In this document: positions 10,145 to 17,587 of the stretch, one piece after another
Layout of the letters: every line of letters begins with the position of its first letter
Numbering within the stretch: position 1 is the first letter of the stretch
NCBI GenBank assembly: GCA_050247895.1
Contig: JBFWTJ010000001.1
Span: 1-43,411, forward strand
DNA: 43,411 nucleotides
Source of the DNA: Acidimicrobiia bacterium
Lineage (GTDB): Bacteria > Actinomycetota > Acidimicrobiia > Acidimicrobiales > VFJN01
Direction: 5' to 3'
The notes under the pieces: model-generated
The model's input: the letters and a program-made list of their open reading frames with translations, nothing else
Told to the model about the DNA's origin: nothing
Database searches by the model: none
Translations under genes and position numbers: made by a program

Positions 10145-11959
10145 ATGTCCGACGAGGTGCCCGGCTCGAAGGTCGAGCAGGCCAAGGCCCGCAGCCGCCA
10201 GCTCCGCTCGACCATCGCCCGGGAGCTCCACGACGGCGCGGCCACCTTCTCGCCCGAGGCCGCCCTGACGCTCAAGTTCCACGGCACCTACTCGCAGGAC
10301 GACCGCGACACCCGGTCCCTCCGGCGGCGGGAGGGCCTGGCCCCCGACGCCTTCCACATGGTCCGCACCGGCATCCCCGGCGGAGAGCTCACGGCCGAGC
10401 AGTACCTGGTCCTGGACCGGCTGGCCGACACGGTCGGCAACGGCACGCTGCGGGTCACCACCCGCCAGGACGTCCAGTTCCACCGGGTCGACAAGTCCGA
10501 CCTCCACGAGCTGATCGCCACCCTCGACGCCGCACTGGTCACGACCCTGGCCGCCTGCGGGGACGTGGTGCGCAACACCACCGCCTGCCCCGCGCCCCTG
10601 CCCGGCGGTGCCCGCGCCGAGCTGCGGGCCTGGGCCCGGCTCGTGTCCCGCCACCTCAAGCCCCGCACCCGCGCCTACTACGACGTCTGGGTCGACGGCG
10701 AGCACGTGGCCGCCGCGGGCCCGGCCGGCACGCCCGACGAGGAACCGCTCTACGGGCGGGTCTACCTGCCCCGGAAGTTCAAGATCGGGTTCAGCGCGCC
10801 CGGCGACAACTGCACCGACGTGCTCATCAACGACCTCGCCGTCGTGCCGGTGGTCCACGACGACGCGATCGAGGCCTTCACGCTCCTGGTCGGCGGGGGC
10901 CAGGGCAAGAACCACAACAAGCCCGGGACCTACCCCCGCCTGGCCACGCCCCTGACCACCGTGGCTCCCGACGACCTGCTCGCCGCCTGCGAGGCGGTCG
11001 TGGCGCTGCACCGGGACCACGGCGACCGGGTCGACCGGGACCACGCCCGGCTGAAGTACGTCGTGGACGACCTCGGCGAGCGGCGGGTCCGCGCCATCGT
11101 GGCCGCCAACCTCGGCCGGGCGCGGCTGGCCGACGCCGAGCCCGTCGACCTCCACCGGGCCGAGGACCACCTGGGCTGGCACGACCAGGGCGACGGCCGC
11201 TGCTTCCTCGGCGTCAAGGTCCTCAACGGTCGCATCGCCGACGTCGGCGCGGAGCGGGTCCGCTCCGGCCTGCGGGACGTCGTCGAGCGCTTCGGCGCCT
11301 CGGTGCGCTTCACCCCCCGCGAGGACGTGCTGCTCTGCGACCTCCCCGCCGACGCCCGCCCCGCCGTCGACGCGGTCCTGGCCGGCCACGGCGTCCGGCC
11401 GGTCGGCGCCTGGACGCCGGTGGCCCGGAGCTCGTTCGCGTGCCCGGCCCTGCCCACCTGCGGCCTGGCCCTGGCCGAGTCGGAGCGGGCCCTGCCCGCG
11501 CTCCTCGACGAGCTCCACCTGGCGCTGGCCGACCTGGGCCTGGCCGACCTCGACCTGCACGTGCGGATGACCGGCTGCCCCAACGGCTGCGCCCGGCCCT
11601 ACACGACCGAGGTGGCCTTCGTCGGCCGGGGCAAGCACCGCTACGACGTCCACCTCGGCGGCGAGCAGGTCGGCATCCGGCTCAACGAGGTGTTCTGCGA
11701 GAACGTCCCCCGCGACGCCCTGGTCGAGGTCCTGGTCCCGGTCCTGGCGCGCTACGCCGCCGAGCGGGAGCCCTGCCAGGGCTTCGGCGACTGGTGCCAC
11801 CGGGTCGGCGTCGCCGCCCTGCGGGCCGAGCTGGGCACCCAGCGGTGGGCCCGGCGCCCCCGCGACGCCGGGCCCACCGGGGCCGTTGCCGGGCCCGGAG
11901 CCGCCGTGGAGGTCACCGCGGGGGCAGGTCCTCCCAGAGGGCGTCGAAGTCGGCCCTGA
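10145..11959 (+). CDS. Sulfite/nitrite reductase hemoprotein (CysI-like, sirohaem-4Fe4S)
   Basis: LKFHGTYSQDDRD motif and duplicated NIR_SIR folds. Cluster-ligand Cys pattern is SFACPALPTCG ... MTGCPNGCARPY. ATG 10145 preferred over the longer 10100 start. The 3' end overlaps the convergent MarR gene by 47 nt. Confidence 0.9.
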   Translation: MSDEVPGSKVEQAKARSRQLRSTIARELHDGAATFSPEAALTLKFHGTYSQDDRDTRSLRRREGLAPDAFHMVRTGIPGGELTAEQYLVLDRLADTVGNGTLRVTTRQDVQFHRVDKSDLHELIATLDAALVTTLAACGDVVRNTTACPAPLPGGARAELRAWARLVSRHLKPRTRAYYDVWVDGEHVAAAGPAGTPDEEPLYGRVYLPRKFKIGFSAPGDNCTDVLINDLAVVPVVHDDAIEAFTLLVGGGQGKNHNKPGTYPRLATPLTTVAPDDLLAACEAVVALHRDHGDRVDRDHARLKYVVDDLGERRVRAIVAANLGRARLADAEPVDLHRAEDHLGWHDQGDGRCFLGVKVLNGRIADVGAERVRSGLRDVVERFGASVRFTPREDVLLCDLPADARPAVDAVLAGHGVRPVGAWTPVARSSFACPALPTCGLALAESERALPALLDELHLALADLGLADLDLHVRMTGCPNGCARPYTTEVAFVGRGKHRYDVHLGGEQVGIRLNEVFCENVPRDALVEVLVPVLARYAAEREPCQGFGDWCHRVGVAALRAELGTQRWARRPRDAGPTGAVAGPGAAVEVTAGAGPPRGRRSRP

Positions 11960-12323
11960 GCCGCGACAGCTCCTCGAGGTGGGCGCCGCCCAACGCCTCG
12001 ATCCGGGCTGTCCCGTCGGGGGTGAGCCGCACGCGGACGACCCGGTTGTCGTCGGCGTCGTGGATGCGCTCGACCAGGCCGGCGGTGGCGGCCCGGTCGA
12101 CCAGCTCGACCGCGCTGTGGTGCCGGAGGAGGAGGTGCTCGGCGACCTCGCCGATCGAGGGCGGGCCACCGTGGCCCCGGACGGCCAGGAGCAGCTGGTG
12201 CTGCGACGCGGTGAGGCCGACCGAGCGGGCCTGCTCCTCGCTCCAGTGCAGGAACCGGCGCAGCCCGTCGCGGAAGGAGAGGAGCCGGGCGAAGTCCTGG
12301 TCGCGCAGGCGGGACGCATTCAT
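11913..12323 (-). CDS. MarR-family transcriptional regulator
   Basis: 136 aa. wHTH region LTASQHQLLLAVRGHGGPPSIGEVAEHLLLRHHSAVELVDRAATAGLVERIHDADDNRVVRVRLTPDG is typical of MarR. Confidence 0.9.
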   Translation of the reverse strand: MNASRLRDQDFARLLSFRDGLRRFLHWSEEQARSVGLTASQHQLLLAVRGHGGPPSIGEVAEHLLLRHHSAVELVDRAATAGLVERIHDADDNRVVRVRLTPDGTARIEALGGAHLEELSRLRADFDALWEDLPPR

Positions 12324-12331
12324 ATCGTTCT

Positions 12332-12344
12332 ACGATACTATCGT
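12332..12344. promoter_or_regulatory. Perfect 6-1-6 palindrome ACGATA-C-TATCGT in the 27-bp MarR/ClC divergent spacer; probable MarR operator
   Basis: Read directly. The whole intergenic region between ATG 12323 (minus strand) and ATG 12351 (plus strand) is only 27 bp and is AT-rich. Confidence 0.5.
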
Positions 12345-12350
12345 GCCACG

Positions 12351-14117
12351 ATGATCATGGACACCCCGATCCGGCGCCTGCTCCTGCTGGTCGCCCTCGC
12401 CGCGGTCCTGGGCTTCGCCGGAGGCGGCGCGGCCTGGGTGCTGCTGCACCTCATCGACCTCATCACCAACGTGGCCCTCTTCCACGTGCTCGACACCCGG
12501 CACCGCTCCCCGGCCACCCTCGACGTCGACGCCACCCTGCTCCTGGCCGCCACGGGTGGGGCGCTGACCATCAGCCTCCTGGCCCGGTGGGCGCCGGTCA
12601 TCCGGGGCCACGGCATCCCCGAGGCGATGGAGGCGGTCCTCACGCGCCAGAGCCGGGTCGCCCCCCGCACGGCGCTGGCCAAGCCGATCTCGGCCGCGCT
12701 GGCCATCGGCACCGGTGCGCCCTTCGGGGCCGAGGGACCGATCATCGTCACCGGCGGGTCGATCGGCTCGCTGATCGGCCAGGTCCTCCCGGTCACGCCG
12801 TCCGAGCGCAAGATCCTGCTCGCCACCGGTGCCGCCGCGGGCATGTCGGCCACCTTCGGCGCGCCCCTGGCCGCCGTGGTCCTGGCCCTCGAGCTGCTGC
12901 TGTTCGAGTTCTCGGCCCGCGCCCTGATCCCGCTCGTCGTCGCCACCTCCGTCGCCGGGGCCGTGCACTCGGCCCTGTTCGGCTCGGGCCCGCTCTTCTC
13001 GGTGCCTCACCACGACCTGTCCGGCCTCGACGTCCTGCCCGCCTTCGCCCTGCTCGGCCTGGCCTGCGGCGCCCTGGCCGTCGTGATCAGCCGGGGGCTC
13101 TTCCTCGTCGAGCACCTCTTCCGCCGCCTGCCCCTCGACGACCTCTGGCACCCGGTCCTCGGCGCCCTGGGCTTCGCCGTCGTCGGCCTCGTCCTGCCCC
13201 GCACCCTCGGCGTCGGCTACGACGCCATCGCCGACGTGCTCGACGCCCGCCTGGCGGTCGGCACGGTCGCCGCCCTCGCCGCCGGGAAGCTCGTGGCGTG
13301 GTGGCTGGCCCTGGGCTCGGGGACCTCCGGCGGCACGCTGGCACCGATCCTGCTGATCAGCGCGGGCTTCGGCACCGTCGTCGGCGACGGCCTCAACCAG
13401 GTCCTGCCGGGGCCCGACGTCGCCCTGGGGGCCTTCGCCGTGGTGGCCATGGCGGCCACCTTCGGCGCGGCGACCCGGGCCACCTTCACCGCCATCGTCT
13501 TCGTGTTCGAGCTGACCCGGGCCTACGACGTGGTCCTCCCGCTGATGCTGGCCAGCGTGGTCGCCGACCTCGTCTGCTCCGCGGTCAACCGCGACAGCCT
13601 GATGACCGAGAAGCTCCGGCGACGGGGCCTGGTCGTGGGCCGGCACTACGGCGTCGATCCCTTCGCCCACGTGCGGGTGGCCGAGATCATGAGCACCGAG
13701 GTCGCCACCCTGGGCGCGGACGTCACCGTCGGCGACGCCCGCCGCCGCCTGGCCGTCGGCGACCACAGCGCGCTCCCCCTCGTGCGGGCCGGGCGGGTGG
13801 TCGGCATCGTGACGCGGGGCGACGTGCTGCGCGACGACCGGGACGACGGGTCGGCCCTGCTCGACGACGGGGACGCGCAGGTCCTCGCCGTGGCGCCCGA
13901 CGACACCGCGCAGGCCGCCCTGCGCCTGATGGTCGGCGAAGGCGTCGAGCACGTCCCGGTGGTCGACGCGGATCGGCTCGTGGGGATCTGCACCCGCACC
14001 GACCTGCTGAAGGTGCACCGCCGCCAGCTCGACGACGAGCGGCCCCAGGACGGGCTGGCGGCACGGCGGGTGCTCGGCCGGCGCAACCGGCTCGACCCGG
14101 CCCGCCCCCCGGGCTGA
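12351..14117 (+). CDS. ClC-family chloride channel/antiporter with C-terminal CBS pair
   Basis: RGHGIPE, GAEGPI and GAPLAAV selectivity-filter-like motifs with about 10 TM segments. Two CBS-like repeats at the C-terminus (VATLGADVTVGDARRRL...; VLAVAPDDTAQAALRLM...VEHVPVVD). Confidence 0.9.
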   Translation: MIMDTPIRRLLLLVALAAVLGFAGGGAAWVLLHLIDLITNVALFHVLDTRHRSPATLDVDATLLLAATGGALTISLLARWAPVIRGHGIPEAMEAVLTRQSRVAPRTALAKPISAALAIGTGAPFGAEGPIIVTGGSIGSLIGQVLPVTPSERKILLATGAAAGMSATFGAPLAAVVLALELLLFEFSARALIPLVVATSVAGAVHSALFGSGPLFSVPHHDLSGLDVLPAFALLGLACGALAVVISRGLFLVEHLFRRLPLDDLWHPVLGALGFAVVGLVLPRTLGVGYDAIADVLDARLAVGTVAALAAGKLVAWWLALGSGTSGGTLAPILLISAGFGTVVGDGLNQVLPGPDVALGAFAVVAMAATFGAATRATFTAIVFVFELTRAYDVVLPLMLASVVADLVCSAVNRDSLMTEKLRRRGLVVGRHYGVDPFAHVRVAEIMSTEVATLGADVTVGDARRRLAVGDHSALPLVRAGRVVGIVTRGDVLRDDRDDGSALLDDGDAQVLAVAPDDTAQAALRLMVGEGVEHVPVVDADRLVGICTRTDLLKVHRRQLDDERPQDGLAARRVLGRRNRLDPARPPG

Positions 14118-14133
14118 GCCGCCGACCCCGGCT

Positions 14134-14460
14134 TCAGCCGCCGGCGGGGAAGGGCGGCGCGAAGACGCCGAGCAGGACGAGGTCGGCCGGGCCGGTGTTG
14201 GCCACCCGCAGCGCCTCGTCGCCGTGGAGGTGGACGAGCGTGCCCGGGGCGATCTCGGCCCCCTCGGCGAGGTCGATCCGGCCCGTCCCCTCGACGACGT
14301 GGAGCACCACGTCGGACGCGCCGTGGGTGTGGGCGGGCAGGGCGTGGCCCGGCCCGATCCGGATGACCCGGACGTTGCAGCCCGCGGCCCGCAGGACGAC
14401 GTCCACCGCCACCCCGCCGGGACCGGGCACCGAGCCCTCCGCAACGCTGGTCAGCTGCAC
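14134..14460 (-). CDS. Cupin-domain protein
   Basis: 108 aa. GHALPAHTHGASDVVLHVVEGTG...GTLVHLHGDEALRVAN fits the two cupin motifs. RBS AGGAGGA sits upstream of GTG 14460. Confidence 0.8.
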   Translation of the reverse strand: MQLTSVAEGSVPGPGGVAVDVVLRAAGCNVRVIRIGPGHALPAHTHGASDVVLHVVEGTGRIDLAEGAEIAPGTLVHLHGDEALRVANTGPADLVLLGVFAPPFPAGG

Positions 14461-14500
14461 GGCACCCGTCCTCCTGTCCCGCGCTGTCGGCGCGGTCCGC

Positions 14501-14539
14501 GATGTTGTTCTATCTGTTGCTAGTCAAACCTCCAGGAGG
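14501..14539 (+). promoter_or_regulatory. AT-rich conserved leader/operator-like motif, copy B
   Basis: GATGTTGTTCTATCTGTTGCTAGTCAAACCTCCAGGAGG ends 5 nt before ATG 14545. It shares GATGTT.TTCT, CTAG and AAACC with copy A, and TTCTATC...TGCT..TCAAAC with copy F. Confidence 0.5.
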
Positions 14540-14544
14540 GTGCC

Positions 14545-15252
14545 ATGGCCAGTTTCCCGGACGAGGGCGGTGATCCCGCCTGCTGGGCCCACCTCTTCGA
14601 CGACGACCCTGGACATTTAAATAGGACTCCTATATATATGGCGACAGCCAACGACCAGGAGCCGACCGTGACCACCATCGCCGGGTACACCTACGACGAC
14701 CCCTCCCTGTCCCCCTCGCCCGTCACCCCGGAGGACCTCGCCGCCCTCCAGGCCTCGGTGCTGTGGACCGACGCCGACCGCGCCGCCCTGCGCCGGGCCG
14801 GCGAGATCCTCGTCCCCCGCACCGAGGAGATCCTCGACGTCTGGTACGGGTTCGTGGGCGGGACATCCCACCTCGTGTCGACCTTCGTCGGCCCCCACGG
14901 CCAGCCCGACGGGGACTACCTCGCCGCGGTGCGGGGTCGGTTCGGGCGCTGGATCGCCGACCTCTGCGGGCGGGACCACGACGAGCGCTGGCTCGCCTAC
15001 CAGGACGAGATCGCCCTCCGGCACCACACCGCGGCCAAGAACCGGACCGACGGGGTCGACTCGCCCTCGACCCACGTCCCGCTCCGCCACCTCATCGCCC
15101 TCGTGGTGCCCATCACCGTGACCGTGCGCGACTTCCTCGCCGCCGGCGAGGCCGACCCCGACGCGGTCGACGCGATGTACCACGCCTGGCTCAAGGCCGT
15201 GACCCTCTCGGTGGCCCTCTGGGCCCGCCCCTACAGTCCCACCACGTGGTGA
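14545..15252 (+). CDS. Protoglobin-domain protein (possibly with a 31-aa N-terminal extension)
   Basis: AGYTYDDPSLSPSPVTPEDLAALQASVLWTDAD...ILDVWYGFVGG.SHLV...YLAAVRGRFGRWI...WLAYQDEIALRHH..KNRTDGV matches the protoglobin pattern. ATG 14545 has an excellent RBS. An in-frame ATG at 14638 would give a canonical ~204-aa protoglobin. Confidence 0.85.
   Translation: MASFPDEGGDPACWAHLFDDDPGHLNRTPIYMATANDQEPTVTTIAGYTYDDPSLSPSPVTPEDLAALQASVLWTDADRAALRRAGEILVPRTEEILDVWYGFVGGTSHLVSTFVGPHGQPDGDYLAAVRGRFGRWIADLCGRDHDERWLAYQDEIALRHHTAAKNRTDGVDSPSTHVPLRHLIALVVPITVTVRDFLAAGEADPDAVDAMYHAWLKAVTLSVALWARPYSPTTW
14621..14633. promoter_or_regulatory. Perfect 6-1-6 palindrome ATAGGA-C-TCCTAT inside an AT-rich patch just before the internal ATG 14638
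   Basis: Read directly. The patch 14614-14640 (CATTTAAATAGGACTCCTATATATATG) is the most AT-rich stretch in this region. It contains TANNNT-like hexamers. Confidence 0.4.
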
Positions 15253-15271
15253 GCCCCTCGCCGTCCCACCC

Positions 15272-15856
15272 GTGAGCGCCGACCGGCCCGCCGACCTGGC
15301 CGGCAAGGTGGCCGCCGCGCTCGACCGGCTGGCCCACGCCCGGCGAGCGGAGCGCCAGGCCGTGGCCACCCGCCACGGGCTGACCCCCCTCCAGGCCGAC
15401 CTCCTCGCCGTGCTGCGCGGCGGCCCGCCGCCCGAGCCGCTGGTCGGCGCGCTGGCCGCCGAGGTCGGCGTGACCCAGCCGACGGTGACCGACTCGCTCC
15501 GGGCGCTGGAGGGCAAGGGCCTGGTGCGGCGGCGGCCCGACCCCCGCGACGGCCGCCGGGCGACGGTCGAGCTCACCGTGGCCGGGACGCACCTGGCCGC
15601 CGAGCTGGCCGACACGCCCGACGCCGTCGTCGAGGCCGTGCGGGGCCTCGACCGCGCGCAGCAGGAGGCGGCGCTGGAGGCGCTGCTGGCCCTGATCGCC
15701 CGGCTCGTCGACGTCGGCGCCATCACCGTGGCCCGCACCTGCGCCACCTGCCGCTTCCACCGCTTCGAGCGGGGCGTGCACCGCTGCACGCTGCTCGACG
15801 TCGAGCTGCCACCCGCCGAGCTGCGGGTGGACTGCCCCGAGCACCAGCCGGCCTGA
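15272..15856 (+). CDS. MarR-like wHTH regulator with C-terminal Cys/His-rich tail
   Basis: wHTH region LTPLQADLLAVL...VGALAAEVGVTQPTVTDSLRALEGKGLVRRRPDPRDGRRATVELT. The tail is C-x2-C-x11-C-x15-C with interspersed His (TCATCRFHRFERGVHRCTLLD...VDCPEH). Confidence 0.85.
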   Translation: MSADRPADLAGKVAAALDRLAHARRAERQAVATRHGLTPLQADLLAVLRGGPPPEPLVGALAAEVGVTQPTVTDSLRALEGKGLVRRRPDPRDGRRATVELTVAGTHLAAELADTPDAVVEAVRGLDRAQQEAALEALLALIARLVDVGAITVARTCATCRFHRFERGVHRCTLLDVELPPAELRVDCPEHQPA

Positions 15857-15906
15857 CCCACCCCCGCCGCCGCGGCCGCCGATGGGGCGCGCCGTCGCGG
15901 CCCGGC

Positions 15907-15941
15907 ATATATTTCTAGTTGTGAATAGAGAAACAAGGCGG
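15907..15941 (+). promoter_or_regulatory. AT-rich conserved motif, copy D (overlaps the cupredoxin start)
   Basis: ATATATTTCTAGTTGTGAATAGAGAAACAAGGCGG shares TTCTAG ... TAGAGAAAC ... AAGG with copies A and C. TATATT (15908-15913) sits 7 nt before GTG 15921, which is leaderless-promoter geometry. Confidence 0.4.
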
Positions 15942-16343
15942 CACCTGGTCGGGGCCGCACCGCTCGTCGCCCTCGCCCTGGTCCTGTCGAGCTGCGGCGA
16001 CGACGGGTCCGACGACGGGTCCGTCGGCGGGCGCGACGGCGGAGCCGACCCCGCACCGGCGACCGACGGACCCGTGGACCTCGACGTCGTGGCCCAGGAC
16101 ATCCACTTCGACCGGGACGACTACGCGACCCGACCCGGGACCGTCCGCGTCCGCTACACGAACGAGGGCAGCATCCGCCACACGCTGGTGGTCGAGGACG
16201 TCGACGGGTTCTCGCTCGACGTCACCGGCCACGGCGACGTCGAGCGGGGCACCCTCGAGCTCGAGCCGGGCCGGTACGTCCTGTACTGCGACGTGGCCGG
16301 GCACCGGGCCGCCGGCATGGAAGCCCGCCTGGAGGTGGCGTGA
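15921..16343 (+). CDS. Cupredoxin (type-1 copper) lipoprotein
   Basis: Signal peptide plus lipobox (RRHLVGAAPLVALALVLSSC). Type-1 Cu ligands are H (SIRHTLVV) and C-x4-H-x4-M (YCDVAGHRAAGM). Start is uncertain: GTG 15921 gives an ideal signal peptide, while the track uses ATG 15882. Confidence 0.8.
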   Translation: MNRETRRHLVGAAPLVALALVLSSCGDDGSDDGSVGGRDGGADPAPATDGPVDLDVVAQDIHFDRDDYATRPGTVRVRYTNEGSIRHTLVVEDVDGFSLDVTGHGDVERGTLELEPGRYVLYCDVAGHRAAGMEARLEVA

Positions 16344-16663
16344 CGACGCTCGACCATCCCGATCCCGCGACGCCCTCCGCCGCCGCCCGCTCCCCGCTGA
16401 TCGAGCCCGGCTCACCCGCGGGTCGGTGGGCCTCGATCGGCGCGCTCATCGGCTTCGCCGTCCTGTTCGGCATGGTCGCCGCCCTCGGCCTGGGCCTGGG
16501 CATGGACGCCAAGGGCGCCATCGGCCTGGGCGTGTTCGTGGGCGTCTGGGGCGGGCTCGGCTACGGGTTCATGATGGGCGGGTGCGTCGCCCTGTCGATC
16601 TCCCACGTCCACACCCACGCCGCCGACCCAGCCGGCCGGCCCGACCCTCCCGCCACGCCGTGA
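16340..16663 (+). CDS. Small hypothetical membrane protein (2-3 TM)
   Basis: GTGA overlap with the cupredoxin stop. Gly-rich hydrophobic segments (WASIGALIGFAVLFGMVAALGLGLG; IGLGVFVGVWGGLGYGFMMGGCVAL). Confidence 0.6.
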   Translation: MTTLDHPDPATPSAAARSPLIEPGSPAGRWASIGALIGFAVLFGMVAALGLGLGMDAKGAIGLGVFVGVWGGLGYGFMMGGCVALSISHVHTHAADPAGRPDPPATP

Positions 16664-17097
16664 GCCGGCTGGCCGCGGTGCCCTCCCGGCGGGGCCGGGA
16701 CCTCGACGACCCCACCGAGATCGCCGAGATGGTCCGCCGCTTCTACGCCGACGTGGCCCAGGACGACCTGCTCGGGCCGCTCTTCAACGACGTCGCCCGG
16801 GTCGACTGGTCCGAGCACCTGCCCAAGCTCACCGCCTTCTGGTGCCGGGTGCTGCTGTCGATGCCCGGCTACGAGGGCAACCCCTTCCGGGCCCACCTGC
16901 TGGTCCACGCCCGGCAACCCTTCACCACGGCCCACTTCGAGCGCTGGCTCGACCTGTTCCACGAGACGGTGGACCTGGGCTGGGACGGTCCCGGCGCCGA
17001 GCAGGCCAAGGCCTTCGCCCGCAAGGTGGCCATGGTCCACTCCAAGCAGCTCGTCGGCCACCCCGTCACCTACGCCGACCCCGGGGCCGGTCGATGA
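16660..17097 (+). CDS. Group III truncated haemoglobin
   Basis: 145 aa. MVRRFYADVAQDDLLGPLFNDV.RVDWSEHLPKLTAFWCRVLL..PGYEGNPFRAHL......FTTAHFERWLDLFHETV matches trHb group III as remembered. GTGA overlap with the upstream gene. Confidence 0.85.
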   Translation: MSRLAAVPSRRGRDLDDPTEIAEMVRRFYADVAQDDLLGPLFNDVARVDWSEHLPKLTAFWCRVLLSMPGYEGNPFRAHLLVHARQPFTTAHFERWLDLFHETVDLGWDGPGAEQAKAFARKVAMVHSKQLVGHPVTYADPGAGR

Positions 17098-17531
17098 GGG
17101 TCGACGGCTGGAGCCTGGTCCGCTTCCTCCACGTCACCGCGGCCATGGGCTGGGTCGGCGGCCAGCTCCTGCTCAGCGGCGTGGTCCTGCCCGTGCTGCG
17201 GGCCAACCTGGAGCCGGCCGCCCGCACCCCGCTCGTCCACGCCACGGCCCGGCGCTTCGCCCTGGTCGCCAACGCCGGGCTGCTGCCCGTCCTGCTCGCC
17301 ACCGGCATCGCGCTGGCCTGGCACCGGGGCGTCACCCTGGGCAGCTTCGACGACCCGGGCTACGGCCGCCTGCTCGGGATCAAGCTCACCCTCGTGGTCG
17401 TCTCGATCGTGCTGGCCGCCGGGCACGGCGTGCTGGCCACCCGCAACCCCCGCAGCGCCCGGCCCGTCGCCATGGCCGGCCTGGCCGCCTCCCTCGGCGT
17501 GGTCGTCTTCGCCACCGCCCTGGTCCCCTGA
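17094..17531 (+). CDS. CopD-like / small integral membrane protein (4 TM)
   Basis: ATGA overlap with the globin stop. FLHVTAAMGWVGGQLLLSGVVLPVL and three further TM segments. The family call is tentative. Confidence 0.65.
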   Translation: MRVDGWSLVRFLHVTAAMGWVGGQLLLSGVVLPVLRANLEPAARTPLVHATARRFALVANAGLLPVLLATGIALAWHRGVTLGSFDDPGYGRLLGIKLTLVVVSIVLAAGHGVLATRNPRSARPVAMAGLAASLGVVVFATALVP

Positions 17532-17587
17532 GGACCCGACCTCCGATTACCAAGCCGACTTATACAAATCTTGTTTAGTATTATTCC

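Noticed and set aside
14614-14640. AT-rich palindromic patch as a DosR/DevR-type box.
   Set aside because: Only the AGGACT half resembles the remembered GGGACT half-site. The second half (CCTATA) does not match AGTCCC.
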